Shown in pieces: positions 9,624 to 20,815 of a stretch of 64,000 bases of DNA. Origin of the DNA: an uncultured virus (IMG/VR IMGVR_UViG_3300029286_001003) (taxonomy: Duplodnaviria > Heunggongvirae > Uroviricota > Caudoviricetes). The translations under genes and the position numbers were made by a program. The notes under the pieces are model-generated. The model saw only the letters and a list, made by a program, of their open reading frames with translations. It had not been told where the DNA came from and made no database searches. The stretch's first letter is position 1, and the number at the start of each line of letters is the position of its first letter. The stretch lies in IMG/VR virus record IMGVR_UViG_3300029286_001003; one strand, written 5' to 3'.

Positions 9624-9901
9624 ATTACAAGATTGTTTGATTTAGATATTTTTCTTAATTCATCATAAAATTTTCCAATATCATCATAATTTTTAAACCA
9701 AAATGTTGGATTATCAAATATGACAAATACATCATTAAATTTTTTTAATGTATCAAATAATTTAACAGTATCATTTTCTTTAAATATAATTACAAAATGT
9801 TTTTCTTTGTTTCTTCTATATTCAACAAACATTGTATCTACAATAACAACATTATCATCATAGTAATGGTCTATAAAAGACTGAATTTTTTCACTGTACA
9901 T
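9614..9901 (-). CDS. Hypothetical protein
   Basis: ORF coupled behind the TonB receptor. Confidence 0.55.
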   Translation of the reverse strand: MYSEKIQSFIDHYYDDNVVIVDTMFVEYRRNKEKHFVIIFKENDTVKLFDTLKKFNDVFVIFDNPTFWFKNYDDIGKFYDELRKISKSNNLVIFV

Positions 9902-9905
9902 AATT

Positions 9906-11909
9906 TTATAATTTAAATTTTAAACCAGTGAAGAAACAAAATTGTTCATTTACAAAATACAAAGGACTACCATCACCACCAATCATACCATTAGATAAAT
10001 ATTTCTGGTTAGTGAAATTGTTTAAATAAATATCCCATTCTCCCCAATTCCATTTTAATCCAATCGTTGCGTTTAAGATGTAATAACTTGGAATAGTATA
10101 ATCATTCTTTTGATCTATATATGACCAACTTTGATACCTACCACCCAACCCAACGACAAACCATTTATAATTATAAGTCAGTTCCGTATTGGATAACCAT
10201 TCTGGTGTCATCACTGGTGTTGATTCTGTATTATTCCAAGTGATTTTACTTTTATTGTATGAAATATTTTGTGTTAAGGTTAATCCGAAATTCCATTTAT
10301 ACTTGAAATCAAATTCCAATCCTGTTCTATAACTTTCATCAACATTAATATGAAGTGGTAATCCAGTTGGACCATATTCACCTGTTAATACTAATTCATT
10401 ATTAAACATCATATAAAATAGGTTGATATTCAAATTCATATTTTTTATAATATAACGGTATCCAAATTCTTGGTCTAAAACAGATTCTGGTTTTAAATCA
10501 TAATAGACAGCGTTACCAAGTGAATCAGATAATAGATTATCATATCCACCAAACATATCATTTCTAATTGGTTCACGATGAGTTTTACCAATAGAATAAT
10601 AAAGGATATTATGTTTTATTTTGTATTCGACACCAGCACTATAATTGAAAAAATTCCATATAAAAGGTTTCAAATAAACATCACCATTATAAACAAATGT
10701 TGTATAACGATATTGTAAATCCCCGTAGAAATTAAAATTACCAGCGTTAAAAATACCTTTTACGAAACCACTTAAATCATCCCTATATCCAGTATTTTTA
10801 TATGTATCAACATCATTTGTTGTCCCACTATGTTTCCTACTATATTTATAACCATTAATACCAGTGTAAAGATCTAAATTTCCAAGTTTAATATAATAAT
10901 TAATATTTCCACCTAAAAAATTAGAATTGAAATGGTATCCATATAAATCGGATGGTATTCCGATATGTGTTCCATCATAGGTATAAAAACCATTCAAATA
11001 ATTATAATAAATAGTATAATTAAATCTTGATTTAGTATTTATGTTATAAGTGTGGTGGAATTGAATATGATATTGATTGAAATGATCAATTTCTCTTTCA
11101 GTATTAGCGTTATATTTACGATTGATGTTTATACTATCCATTGGTACACCCATCCAAGCCAATTGATTCATTTGTTCACCAGCAAAACCAACGATTTTAA
11201 ATATATTTTTTCCAGCTTTATAATTTCCAACTATAAAAAAACTTCTGGAATGATTACCCGAATGATCTTTATATCCTTCACTTGAAATATCAGATATTGA
11301 AACATACAATCCACCTTTATTCCAATTTTTTTCAACATTGGCTGAAAGTTTAAAGGTGTTGTCACCACCCCAACCAAAATTAAATCCAACCTTTGAATCT
11401 GTTGGCTTATATGATTCAAAATTCATAGAACCAGCAAAACTAGCCGTTCCATTTTTTGTCATTCCAGTACCCCTTTGGATTTGTAACATTTCAACGGATT
11501 GAAGAAAATCCGGATAGTTGGAAAAATAACACCCCTGATCCTCAGGCTCATTCATTGGAACACCATTAAGTGTGACATTTATTCGTGTTTGATCAATACC
11601 TCTTATTCTTATATATGAATACCCCCAATCACCACCAGATTCTGAATAACTAGTAATTGATGGGGATGTACTAAGAATTATCGATGGTTCTTGACCATAA
11701 TTCACTAATCCAAAATCAGATTTGTATAAATTTTTAAAAGTGATTGGCATCAAACTTGTTGCTTGATATGGAAGAAATGCGTTGATTACAACTTCATTCA
11801 ACTTCAATGTATCTTTTGTCAATCGGTATCCGGAATCCGGGTCGGATTTTTGAGAATAAACACTAATCACTACAAACAATAGTAAAATAAGAATTGAGAT
11901 TTTTTTCAT
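9906..11909 (-). CDS. TonB-dependent outer-membrane receptor (Bacteroidetes vitamin-uptake type)
   Basis: Signal peptide ending VYSQ; LNEVVI TonB-box-like; plug IRIRG...RINVTLNGVP; beta-barrel; C-terminal GLKFKL. Confidence 0.9.
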   Translation of the reverse strand: MKKISILILLLFVVISVYSQKSDPDSGYRLTKDTLKLNEVVINAFLPYQATSLMPITFKNLYKSDFGLVNYGQEPSIILSTSPSITSYSESGGDWGYSYIRIRGIDQTRINVTLNGVPMNEPEDQGCYFSNYPDFLQSVEMLQIQRGTGMTKNGTASFAGSMNFESYKPTDSKVGFNFGWGGDNTFKLSANVEKNWNKGGLYVSISDISSEGYKDHSGNHSRSFFIVGNYKAGKNIFKIVGFAGEQMNQLAWMGVPMDSININRKYNANTEREIDHFNQYHIQFHHTYNINTKSRFNYTIYYNYLNGFYTYDGTHIGIPSDLYGYHFNSNFLGGNINYYIKLGNLDLYTGINGYKYSRKHSGTTNDVDTYKNTGYRDDLSGFVKGIFNAGNFNFYGDLQYRYTTFVYNGDVYLKPFIWNFFNYSAGVEYKIKHNILYYSIGKTHREPIRNDMFGGYDNLLSDSLGNAVYYDLKPESVLDQEFGYRYIIKNMNLNINLFYMMFNNELVLTGEYGPTGLPLHINVDESYRTGLEFDFKYKWNFGLTLTQNISYNKSKITWNNTESTPVMTPEWLSNTELTYNYKWFVVGLGGRYQSWSYIDQKNDYTIPSYYILNATIGLKWNWGEWDIYLNNFTNQKYLSNGMIGGDGSPLYFVNEQFCFFTGLKFKL

Positions 11910-12088
11910 AAAATTGTTTTAAGAAAATAAGATTAATAAAATTAGTAAAATTAGACCTATTAATGCTAGTTTAATTTGTTCCTTTAAATTTTTTGGTTGT
12001 TTAAATATTGGTTGAAATCCCAACCCGATGGATAACCCCAAAGATATACCAACTAATAAAGATAAAATAATTATCATAATATTAAATA

Positions 12089-12557
12089 TTAACGGTAATT
12101 GTCTGGAAGTTTCAATAACTTCTTTAATTCTTGTCTATCATAACTATCAATGTCAACCAATCCATTCATTTGGCTTCTGTGAAATAATGCCACCAAATGG
12201 TCGTACATTTGTTTTACTTCAATAGCATTAAATGAACAACTACCTCTAACACCAGTTATATTTGTCTGTAAGTTTTGTTCTTCATTCTTGTCCATAATTG
12301 TTTATATGTATTTAATTATTTTCTTTCTTCATTGTTTCAAACCATTCATCGGTATATTCATCATCATCAATAATTCTAAAATAAACATCTATACCATTTT
12401 GAATAATTTTATCTGATTCTTTTTCTTCTTGAATAGCCTTTTCAATTTTAACCAATGTACCGTGATTTCTTGAAGAATTACTCCAATCAATAACTGGTAA
12501 TGATTTAACATCGGATTTAATCGATGGTCTGTTTGGTTTTCTTCGATGTGTTGCCAT
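12089..12557 (-). CDS. Two small hypothetical proteins (12089..12295, 12312..12557)
   Basis: Co-oriented short ORFs downstream of the early promoter at 12964-12995. Confidence 0.5.
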
Positions 12558-13120
12558 TTTTATTTAATTATAATACCATTTTGAGGTTCCAATATACTTC
12601 CTTTAAATTGTACATCAGATACAATAAAATCAACATATCGCAATTTAGCAAAAACCCACCATTAGTAACATCATCGATAAATTTGCAAATACAAATATAA
12701 ATAGGAAATGTCCTAATTTTGTTTCGAAAATCCAATTAAATAACTTCATAATATTTTTTATTTTATAAAATTCTTAATGATTGATATCTTGGGAATAATT
12801 TATTATTTTTCCACATATTTAAAAATTCTTCTTCGGTGTAAACACTTCCTTGTCTTATCGATTCCGAAATAAAAACTTCATCGGAACATTGATCCATACT
12901 CATATGTATTAAACCAATGTTAATTATATAATACTTTTTTTCTATATTATTTTAATTACTCTACAAAATTACAACTATTTGTTGAAATAAAAAAATAACT
13001 TGTATAATCTTCTTCTTATTTCATGATATTACAATATTACGAAACTTTCATCTAATAAAAAAATTATTTGGAAAAATAACTGTTTTTGAAAATTTATATA
13101 TAATCACAAAAACAGTCATA

Positions 13121-14461
13121 ATGAAAAAATCTAATTTAAATGATACAATTAATAAATTCAATATTATACATAATAATAAATATAATTATTCACTATTTAC
13201 TAAATATATTAACATAAGGCAAAGAATAGAAATTATATGTCCAAAACATGGTATTTTTTCCCAAAAAATTGGTATGCACAAAATTGGTCAAGGTTGTCCA
13301 GATTGTAAAGCTGAAAAAATTGGTAATTTAACAAGATTTACCATCGATGAAATATTAATGAAATTTAAAAAAACACATCAAGATAAATATGATTATTCAT
13401 TATTCACCGAATATTTTAATGTAGATCAACATGCAAATATTATTTGTAAAAAACACGGTTTATTTAAACAAACAGTTCGGAATCATTACAATGGTCAGGG
13501 TTGTATGAAATGTTATAATGAAATAAGACATACATATTTATGTGATACGAAAGATAATTTTATTAAAAAAGCAAATATTGTTCACAATAATATTTATGCC
13601 TACCCATTTGAAACATATAAAAACAGTAAAACAAAAATAGAAATAGAATGTTCTATTCATGGAATTTTTATGAAAAATCCAAATTCGCATCTCAATGGTG
13701 AAGGATGTCCCCACTGTTTTTCTTCTAATGGTGAAAAAAAGATTTATTTTATTTTAAAAGGAAATAAAATTAGATTTATTACTCAAAAGATTTTTAAAGA
13801 TTGTAAATACATAAATGGTTTGCGTTTTGATTTTTATTTACTAGAATATAATTTATGTATAGAATTTAATGGTCAACAACATTATGAAATCGTTAAACAT
13901 TGGGGTAATGAATCCGATTTATTAAAAACAATAGAAAAAGATAAAATAAAAAATGATTATTGTGAAATGAAAGGCATCAAATTATTAAAAATACCATATT
14001 CAGAATTTGATAACATTTATGAAATATTGAAAAAAAATTTAAATGAAAAAATTAAAGATTTTGAAATTGAAGGTGATGTTAATTTAACTTATATCGAATC
14101 AAAGAAGATAGTTAAAGAATTGAATATAAAAACTCAAACTGAATATAATAAAAGATATAAAGAATATTTAGGATTACCATCGAGTCCAAATGGACTATAT
14201 AAAAAAGATTGGATCGGTTGGCGTGAATTTTTGGGAACCATAAATACTCAACTAGACAAAAATTACTTATCTTATAATGAATCTAAATGGTGGATTAAAA
14301 ATAATTTATCAAATATCAAATCTGAAAAATTTTGGAAATTATCAGTAATGAAAAATAAAATTCCAATTTTTATACCAAATAATCCAAAACAATTTTATCA
14401 AAAAAAGAATAGGGGTTGGTTAGGTTGGATGGATTTTTTGAATAAATTAAACACTTTTTAA
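13121..14461 (+). CDS. Free-standing homing endonuclease (CxxH-H-CxxC repeats + PD-(D/E)XK/Vsr-like domain)
   Basis: Three YDYS...ICPKHG...H..G.GCP.C repeats; LRFDFYL...IEFNGQQH; C-terminal W.GW..FL repeats. Confidence 0.8.
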   Translation: MKKSNLNDTINKFNIIHNNKYNYSLFTKYINIRQRIEIICPKHGIFSQKIGMHKIGQGCPDCKAEKIGNLTRFTIDEILMKFKKTHQDKYDYSLFTEYFNVDQHANIICKKHGLFKQTVRNHYNGQGCMKCYNEIRHTYLCDTKDNFIKKANIVHNNIYAYPFETYKNSKTKIEIECSIHGIFMKNPNSHLNGEGCPHCFSSNGEKKIYFILKGNKIRFITQKIFKDCKYINGLRFDFYLLEYNLCIEFNGQQHYEIVKHWGNESDLLKTIEKDKIKNDYCEMKGIKLLKIPYSEFDNIYEILKKNLNEKIKDFEIEGDVNLTYIESKKIVKELNIKTQTEYNKRYKEYLGLPSSPNGLYKKDWIGWREFLGTINTQLDKNYLSYNESKWWIKNNLSNIKSEKFWKLSVMKNKIPIFIPNNPKQFYQKKNRGWLGWMDFLNKLNTF

Positions 14462-15090
14462 TAAAATATTATCAATCAATCCGTATTCTTTAGCTTCATA
14501 TGAAGTCATCCAAAAATCTCTATCTGAATCTTTTTCAACCTTTTTATATGGTTGTCCGGAATGAATAGAAATAATTTCATAAAGTTCCTTTTTTAAAATA
14601 TTAATTTGTTTAGCGGTAATTTCAATGTCTGATGCCTGTCCATCTGCAAAACCAAGTGGTTGATGAATCATAATCCTAGAATGTTTCAATGCTGCTCGTT
14701 TACCTTTTGTTCCAGCACACAAAATGACTGATGACATTGATGCTGCTATACCACTACAAATGGTTACAATATCTGGTTGAATATATTGCATTGTATCATA
14801 TATGCTTAAACCGGAGTAATATAGATTTGAATATCCTTTTTTGAATCAACTGATTCCAAAAATAAAAGTTGTGCCTGAATAACATTTGCAACATAATCAT
14901 CTATTGGTGCATTTAAAAAAATTATTCTATCAAGCATTAAGCGACTAAATACATCAAGAGTTGTTATATTTAATTGTCGTTCTTCAACTATCATTGGAGA
15001 AATATAATTATTTGATATTGATTTATATTTATCTAATGTTAAACTATTAATACCCATATGTCGGGTAGCATATTTTGTAAATTCGTTCAT
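14447..15090 (-). pseudogene. clpP: ClpP protease split by a ~22-nt deletion/frameshift
   Basis: DVFSRLMLDRIIFL...DIQIYI, then SGLSIYDTMQ in another frame; NSPGGSV missing; AASM, IHQP, DRD catalytic motifs intact. Confidence 0.9.
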
Positions 15091-15093
15091 ATT

Positions 15094-16953
15094 TTATTTT
15101 TGTTTTTTGTAAAGATCTTCTAATATATCAATAACTTTATCTATTTCGTCATATTTTTTGTCCATTTCATCCATTTTATCAGAAACCAATTTGGTTATTT
15201 CTTTTACTTTTTTATCTATTTCTTCTTCGTTTTCTCCACTAAAATATCCTTTACCTCTTACAATATCATCCCATTCAGATTGAATTGATTTATTTCTTAA
15301 ATCAATTATATTTTTTAACCAATCTGGACTACCTTTATTAATTTTTTTAATACTTTTGTAACCACGATAATCCAAAAATACACCACAACCCTGTTTTCCA
15401 ACTATACCCAAATCTTTTTCAGTCTTTTCCATCTTTTACTTTTTCACCATTTTTGAAATCAATAGTCATTCCGAAACAAACATTAAATCCTGTTGATGTT
15501 TTATTTGTTTGAAAATCGATTTTACTTATTTTGTGACAAATAAAATGAGTATCACCACTTGATAATACCAAATCTCTTTTTCTTAATTTGAATATTTTAT
15601 CTGATGTTATTTTTTCAATTGGTTTTTCCCATGAACATTTAATTGTTTTGTGAGTTCTCCAATCAATGACACCAGTACTCTTTATAATATCAATTTTGGG
15701 ATAAGTTTTAGTTCCTATTTTTATTTCACTCAATTCGGTAAATCCTTTTTTCATTATATCGGATTCTTCATCTTTTTTCTTTATCAGAAATTGTTCTTGA
15801 AATTCTTTTAAATTTTTTTCAAAATGTTCCAATGATTCGTTAATTTCATCAGAAAAAACAGCACAAACTGGTGTTCCGTTGAATTCCTTATTTCTTAAAT
15901 TGATTTCTATTTTACCGTTTGGATGTTTATCAAAGGTGAGATAACCATCACCAAACTTCATGTTTAGAATAACTTTTGTGGCATATTTCTTTTTAAGTTC
16001 AAATATTTTGAACATTTTATCAAAAATATAATCATATTGTTCTAAAAATTCTTCTATATCAAACATTTTAAGGTTTTTTAGAAGATATCAAAAAATCAAA
16101 TTCTGGATTATTACTTGGAATTTCATATCCGTAGTGACATTCTGACCAATCTTCTCCACACGGTTGTAAATCTTCTAAATTACACCCACATTCTGAATCT
16201 GGTTGATACAATCCTGTATATCCATTCTTTACCATAAAGGATTTTAATCCTTCAATTGTTTTTCTATTATTTGCTTTCACAATCCATTATATTTCTTAAT
16301 ATCAACAAACTCATTATATTTTACAGTGCCATCTTTTTTATAAATAGCAACCGGACGATTCAATAATGGTTTATCTTCATTATCAAATCTACCATCCTGT
16401 TCATATATAACATAAATATCAACATTTTCATTAACAGCGATTGTTTGAAGTTTAGCTTTTGATAAAGATAAATCAATATCACCATACCAAACTTTTTCAC
16501 CGTTTATGACAATATTTGAGTTAAAAACTGGTAAATTTTTTGGTTTCATTTTATGAAATCCGGTTTTGGATCCACTAATCATCATGGAAATCATTCCTAT
16601 TTCTTTTATAAGAATATCAGTATAATTATTATGTATCATTTTTCTATTTTGAAATTATTTTTAAACTCATCTTCTGTAAACCAATCGGTAATTGTTAAAC
16701 TAGTATTTGTCATTTTATATTGAATAATATAATTATTTGGTGGAACAATATTTTGATAATCACCATCTGTACAAAAATAAACAAGTTGTTTACTTTTAAC
16801 ACTTGTAAATTTTTTATTAATAAGTTTTTCTTCTGTCCACATTGTATACGAAAAATCAGAAAAATTTTCTTCTATAAATTTGGCTGATTTTTCACTACCA
16901 TCATAAAAACAAGTTTTTATTGTTTTATCGTATCTACATTTTTCTACATTCAT
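15094..16953 (-). CDS. Five overlapping hypothetical genes (15094..15432, 15419..16066, 16068..16280, 16277..16639, 16636..16953)
   Basis: Tightly coupled ORFs between pncA and clpP. Confidence 0.6.
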
Positions 16954-17639
16954 ATTGTTTCAATATTTTTGTAAGATTCAACAACTAAAATGTTATATTT
17001 TTCTTTCAACACTTCAACGAATTTTTCTTGTCCTTCGATTGATCCAATTCCACGAACAGCTCCAAGATTAAGGATAACCTGAAAACCAGCATCAGATAGA
17101 TCCATGACTGTATGACCCACACAAAGAGGATTTTCTTCAACATTAAGAGCCAATCCACCAACAATTACAGTTGCAATTTTGTGTTGATTTAACCATTCGA
17201 TAAGTCCGGTAGAGATTGTTTTCGTCATATTATGATAACATGCAGAATATGGATGTAGATCAGCTTCAAATCCTTTACCAACAAAAAAATCATATTCTGT
17301 CATTTTTGGTAATCCATCGAGAAGTTCCATCCCCAATGTTCCTGATTCACAATGTCTGTTCCATCTAATATCAACATTAGGCAATCCAACAACAGATAAT
17401 TGTGGATTTTTTTCGGTTGCAATCCAAAGTGCATTTTTTGGATGAACATCTTTTGATACAATTTTATATTTGGATATTAAATTTTGACCATTAAGTTCAT
17501 CAACAATTTTATCACCATCTGGAACAGGGAGTTCATCTGGACAAATAGGTGTAAATCCCCTTTGTGGATCGACATTTAACGATGCTGTACTTTCTTTTAC
17601 AATTAATACTTTATCGATTTCTGAAAATTCTAAGTTCAT
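16950..17639 (-). CDS. pncA: Nicotinamidase (isochorismatase family)
   Basis: VDPQRGF, KDVH, W..HC..GT.G, KG...PYS, VGGLA...CV. Confidence 0.9.
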   Translation of the reverse strand: MNLEFSEIDKVLIVKESTASLNVDPQRGFTPICPDELPVPDGDKIVDELNGQNLISKYKIVSKDVHPKNALWIATEKNPQLSVVGLPNVDIRWNRHCESGTLGMELLDGLPKMTEYDFFVGKGFEADLHPYSACYHNMTKTISTGLIEWLNQHKIATVIVGGLALNVEENPLCVGHTVMDLSDAGFQVILNLGAVRGIGSIEGQEKFVEVLKEKYNILVVESYKNIETI

Positions 17640-17687
17640 ATTTATATATTTTAGTTTTTAATTTTAGTTAAAAAATTGGATTTTGTT

Positions 17688-18536
17688 TTATTTTCTTATA
17701 AATCCCGGTGGTGATAATCTTTTATGTTGTCCCGAAACAATCATATTTTCAATTTTTTGAACGAGTGAATATTCAAATGAAACACCACTTAATTTTGCAA
17801 AATTTAATATAATTTCACTTAAATTTTCATAAATGTTATTAATTGATGTTGATTTTACACAATTTTCTCTAAAAATAAGATAATTATCGATGTCTTTATA
17901 TAAATATCCGATTTCATTTTCATCTGTTTGATCATCGAAAAGTCCAGCCGATGGAATTCTATTTATAATTTTTTCTGGAATTTTTTTACCATTAATTTCA
18001 ATTTCTTTCGCCATTTGAAAAATTTCAAATTTAAAAAAATCAATTATAGGTTCAACATCAACACCACTACCACCATCTCCACACTTTGTAAAATATGATA
18101 AATATTCTTCTGTTTTATTTGTTGTTCCCAAAACTAAATAGTGATTTGATTCTGCAACAGATCTCAATGTTGTCATTCGAAGTCTAGCTTTAATATTTGA
18201 AGAAACCAAATTGCTTTTTAATTTATTCGTATTTTTAATTGTTTGGTCTAAAATACAATGAAGTGCATTATCTAAATTAATTTGTATTGTTTTTACACCA
18301 AAAGTATCAGCAAGTAATTGTGCATCTTCAATATCTTCGGTTCTTAATCTTTCTCCAAATTTAGTACAAGGAAGAATAATACCTAAAACTTTATCAGTAC
18401 CCATTGATTTAACAGCCAAAGACATAGACACAGCCGAATCAATCCCACCAGATAATCCGATTACATAACCATCAAAACCAGTTTTATCACAATATTCCTT
18501 TAACCATTTTGATGTGTTTTTAATATTTTCTTTCAT
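17688..18536 (-). CDS. nadE: NH3-dependent NAD synthetase
   Basis: GLSGGIDS, NIKARLRM, GTTNKTE, YFTK.GDG, PSAGL...QTDE, HKR. Confidence 0.95.
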   Translation of the reverse strand: MKENIKNTSKWLKEYCDKTGFDGYVIGLSGGIDSAVSMSLAVKSMGTDKVLGIILPCTKFGERLRTEDIEDAQLLADTFGVKTIQINLDNALHCILDQTIKNTNKLKSNLVSSNIKARLRMTTLRSVAESNHYLVLGTTNKTEEYLSYFTKCGDGGSGVDVEPIIDFFKFEIFQMAKEIEINGKKIPEKIINRIPSAGLFDDQTDENEIGYLYKDIDNYLIFRENCVKSTSINNIYENLSEIILNFAKLSGVSFEYSLVQKIENMIVSGQHKRLSPPGFIRK

Positions 18537-18566
18537 TTTTGTTATAATTTATTTTATTTATTTCAA

Positions 18567-18598
18567 CAAAGATATAAAATATTTATCGATTAAAAAAA
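18567..18598 (-). promoter_or_regulatory. Host-type early promoter for the nadE-pncA...clpP operon
   Basis: TTTTTTTAAT-N14-TATCTTTG. Confidence 0.7.
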
Positions 18599-18628
18599 TA
18601 ATATATACAATAAAATATTAATTGTTGG

Positions 18629-19462
18629 ATGAAATATCTTAAAAATTGGATTAAATTCTTCGAATTAGCAGATTCACCAGATCTTATTGGTAAATTTACA
18701 CCCCAAGAATTAAAAAGTATGTCAAACGCAGAAGTATATGGCAAATCACCTTATAAAAAATTTCAATATGGTTTATATTCTGGTCAGGCTTCGTGTGATT
18801 TAAACTCTTTTATAAGTGATGCTAAACAAAAAGGTCACGGATCTATGTATGGTATTTCGGAATATTTCTTACACGAATTAAGAAAAGCAATTCCAGATTT
18901 TAAAGATTTTAAACAAGGTGCGTATGATAGAGATATGTATAGTAATTTTTATGAGGGTAAATCTGGTTTACATTTGGAAAAAAAAGTAAAACTTGAAGGT
19001 ACACGTTTTAGTGCGGAATCAGAAATTTGGATATATTACCATACAAAAGGTAATAATATATTGGATTATAAAAAAGGTAAAATTTATATTTTGTTTGTGT
19101 GTGGATTAAGACCAACTGAGAAAAGTTTCGACTTAATGGGTGGGTCTAAAAAAGAAACTACACCGGAAGATGATAATGTGAAAAAATCATTTGTTGATAT
19201 GATTCAAACCAAACCAGCATCGTGTCCTGATTGTGATGATGAAGTGGAAATTGATGATAAGGGTTTTGAAAAATTTTATAGTTCATTAAGTGATATATTA
19301 TATGGTCATCCAGATAATGAAGATGAAGTATTATATGAAAAATTAAAAATATATTATAAAAATTTATCTATTCCTACATTTTTGAAAACTTTACCGAAAA
19401 TCAAAAATAATTTGGATTACTTTAAGAAGTATTTATACAATAAATACAAATTAAAATTCTAA
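18629..19462 (+). CDS. Hypothetical protein with capsid-targeting-like tag
   Basis: Starts MKYLKNWIKFFE; TAATATATA upstream. Confidence 0.6.
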   Translation: MKYLKNWIKFFELADSPDLIGKFTPQELKSMSNAEVYGKSPYKKFQYGLYSGQASCDLNSFISDAKQKGHGSMYGISEYFLHELRKAIPDFKDFKQGAYDRDMYSNFYEGKSGLHLEKKVKLEGTRFSAESEIWIYYHTKGNNILDYKKGKIYILFVCGLRPTEKSFDLMGGSKKETTPEDDNVKKSFVDMIQTKPASCPDCDDEVEIDDKGFEKFYSSLSDILYGHPDNEDEVLYEKLKIYYKNLSIPTFLKTLPKIKNNLDYFKKYLYNKYKLKF

Positions 19463-20305
19463 TTATTTGATTTGAAATGATTGTGTTCCTATAATAGTAT
19501 TTCCATCAAAAATATTTATTGTATATTTACCCACAAGTAATGGTTTTTCAAATACAAAATCTTTATTTAAAGAAACAGATTCACCTATGTAATTAACTTC
19601 AAATACATGTTTTATAAGTTCCCTATTTGAATGTAGAATTCTTAATATAATAGTTTTATCACATTGTAATAATTTATTTTCACCCAAATCAAATTTAATT
19701 GATAGTTTATTAACATTGTGTTCTGTTATTTTTTCCTTACCGGATGTTTTCAATTTACTTGTTTGAATAGAAATGTTGTATGCTTTAATATAGGATGATA
19801 TTTCTATTTTTTCGGTCAATTCTACTTGTTTTTTAAATAATATATTGTTTCTATTGTTAACAACCTTTATAGTTTGTGTCATTGAATCATTTTCGGATTT
19901 CAATATTCTATTTTCAGTATATAGAGAATCAATTAATCTGACATAACCTTGTGTTATTTTTTGGAGTCTCATTAATTTTTTAATAACTATACCGTATTGG
20001 TATTTAGTTTCCAATAGTTGTTTAATTTCAATGGCATTTGATTGGATAATACTATCTTTCAATTTAAGTATTTCTATGATTGAACGGGTATGATAAATAT
20101 TACCATCCTTGTTATATGATTGCATATTTAGTTCTTTAAGGATATTATTATGTTCGATCATTAAAGAATCCAAATTATTTTTTATTTCTGTTTTTTCTGT
20201 TTCTTTTTGTTTTTTTAGTTTATTGATTTGATAAGAAAAAATAGAAAGAAATACAATAACAACCAAAAAAGAAATAACAGTAATAATTCGATATTTTATT
20301 TTCAT
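19463..20305 (-). CDS. Membrane-anchored coiled-coil protein with C-terminal beta domain
   Basis: N-terminal TM helix, heptads, G.Y.I.IF..N.IG terminus. Confidence 0.6.
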   Translation of the reverse strand: MKIKYRIITVISFLVVIVFLSIFSYQINKLKKQKETEKTEIKNNLDSLMIEHNNILKELNMQSYNKDGNIYHTRSIIEILKLKDSIIQSNAIEIKQLLETKYQYGIVIKKLMRLQKITQGYVRLIDSLYTENRILKSENDSMTQTIKVVNNRNNILFKKQVELTEKIEISSYIKAYNISIQTSKLKTSGKEKITEHNVNKLSIKFDLGENKLLQCDKTIILRILHSNRELIKHVFEVNYIGESVSLNKDFVFEKPLLVGKYTINIFDGNTIIGTQSFQIK

Positions 20306-20311
20306 ATTTTA

Positions 20312-20800
20312 TTATAAAAAATCATTAAACCAAGATTCATCTTGATTTTCAATAGTATTACATAATAATTCTAAAACTCTACAAGCGGAATTCAATCCAG
20401 CACGATCATCAAGTAAGATACTATAAAATATTTTTGAACTATCCGATTTAAAAAACACCGGATTTTCATTTATCCTATCGAATGGAATATCGTTTTCGTT
20501 CAAATATTCTTTGATGAAATCGTATCTACTTTTCGCGGAACCTGTCCAAATAACAATTTCCATCCCAATTTTTTTCAATCTTTGAAGAAGATTTATTACT
20601 ATATCATAGGAATGACCTTCTTTATGATAATCAAATAAAGTATTATCAAAATCGACAGCGATAATTAATTTACCGTGTTGTTTAAATTCTTTCAATAATC
20701 TATTGTAAACATTGACATCATCCAAATAAAAATCAAAATTTAATTTTCTTTCTATAATTTCATTTGCTTTATGAAGTTCTTCCTGTGTAATTTTTTCCAT
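20312..20800 (-). CDS. HAD-superfamily hydrolase
   Basis: IAVDFDNTL, IWT, LLDDRAG. Confidence 0.8.
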   Translation of the reverse strand: MEKITQEELHKANEIIERKLNFDFYLDDVNVYNRLLKEFKQHGKLIIAVDFDNTLFDYHKEGHSYDIVINLLQRLKKIGMEIVIWTGSAKSRYDFIKEYLNENDIPFDRINENPVFFKSDSSKIFYSILLDDRAGLNSACRVLELLCNTIENQDESWFNDFL

Positions 20801-20815
20801 ATTATTTATTTTTAT

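Noticed and set aside
11910..13120. TPP or NAD riboswitch upstream of the TonB receptor
   Set aside because: Region is filled by small ORFs and is AT-rich; no riboswitch core sequence seen
14791..14830. Programmed frameshift producing active ClpP
   Set aside because: A frameshift alone cannot restore the seven missing conserved residues, and no slippery site is seen
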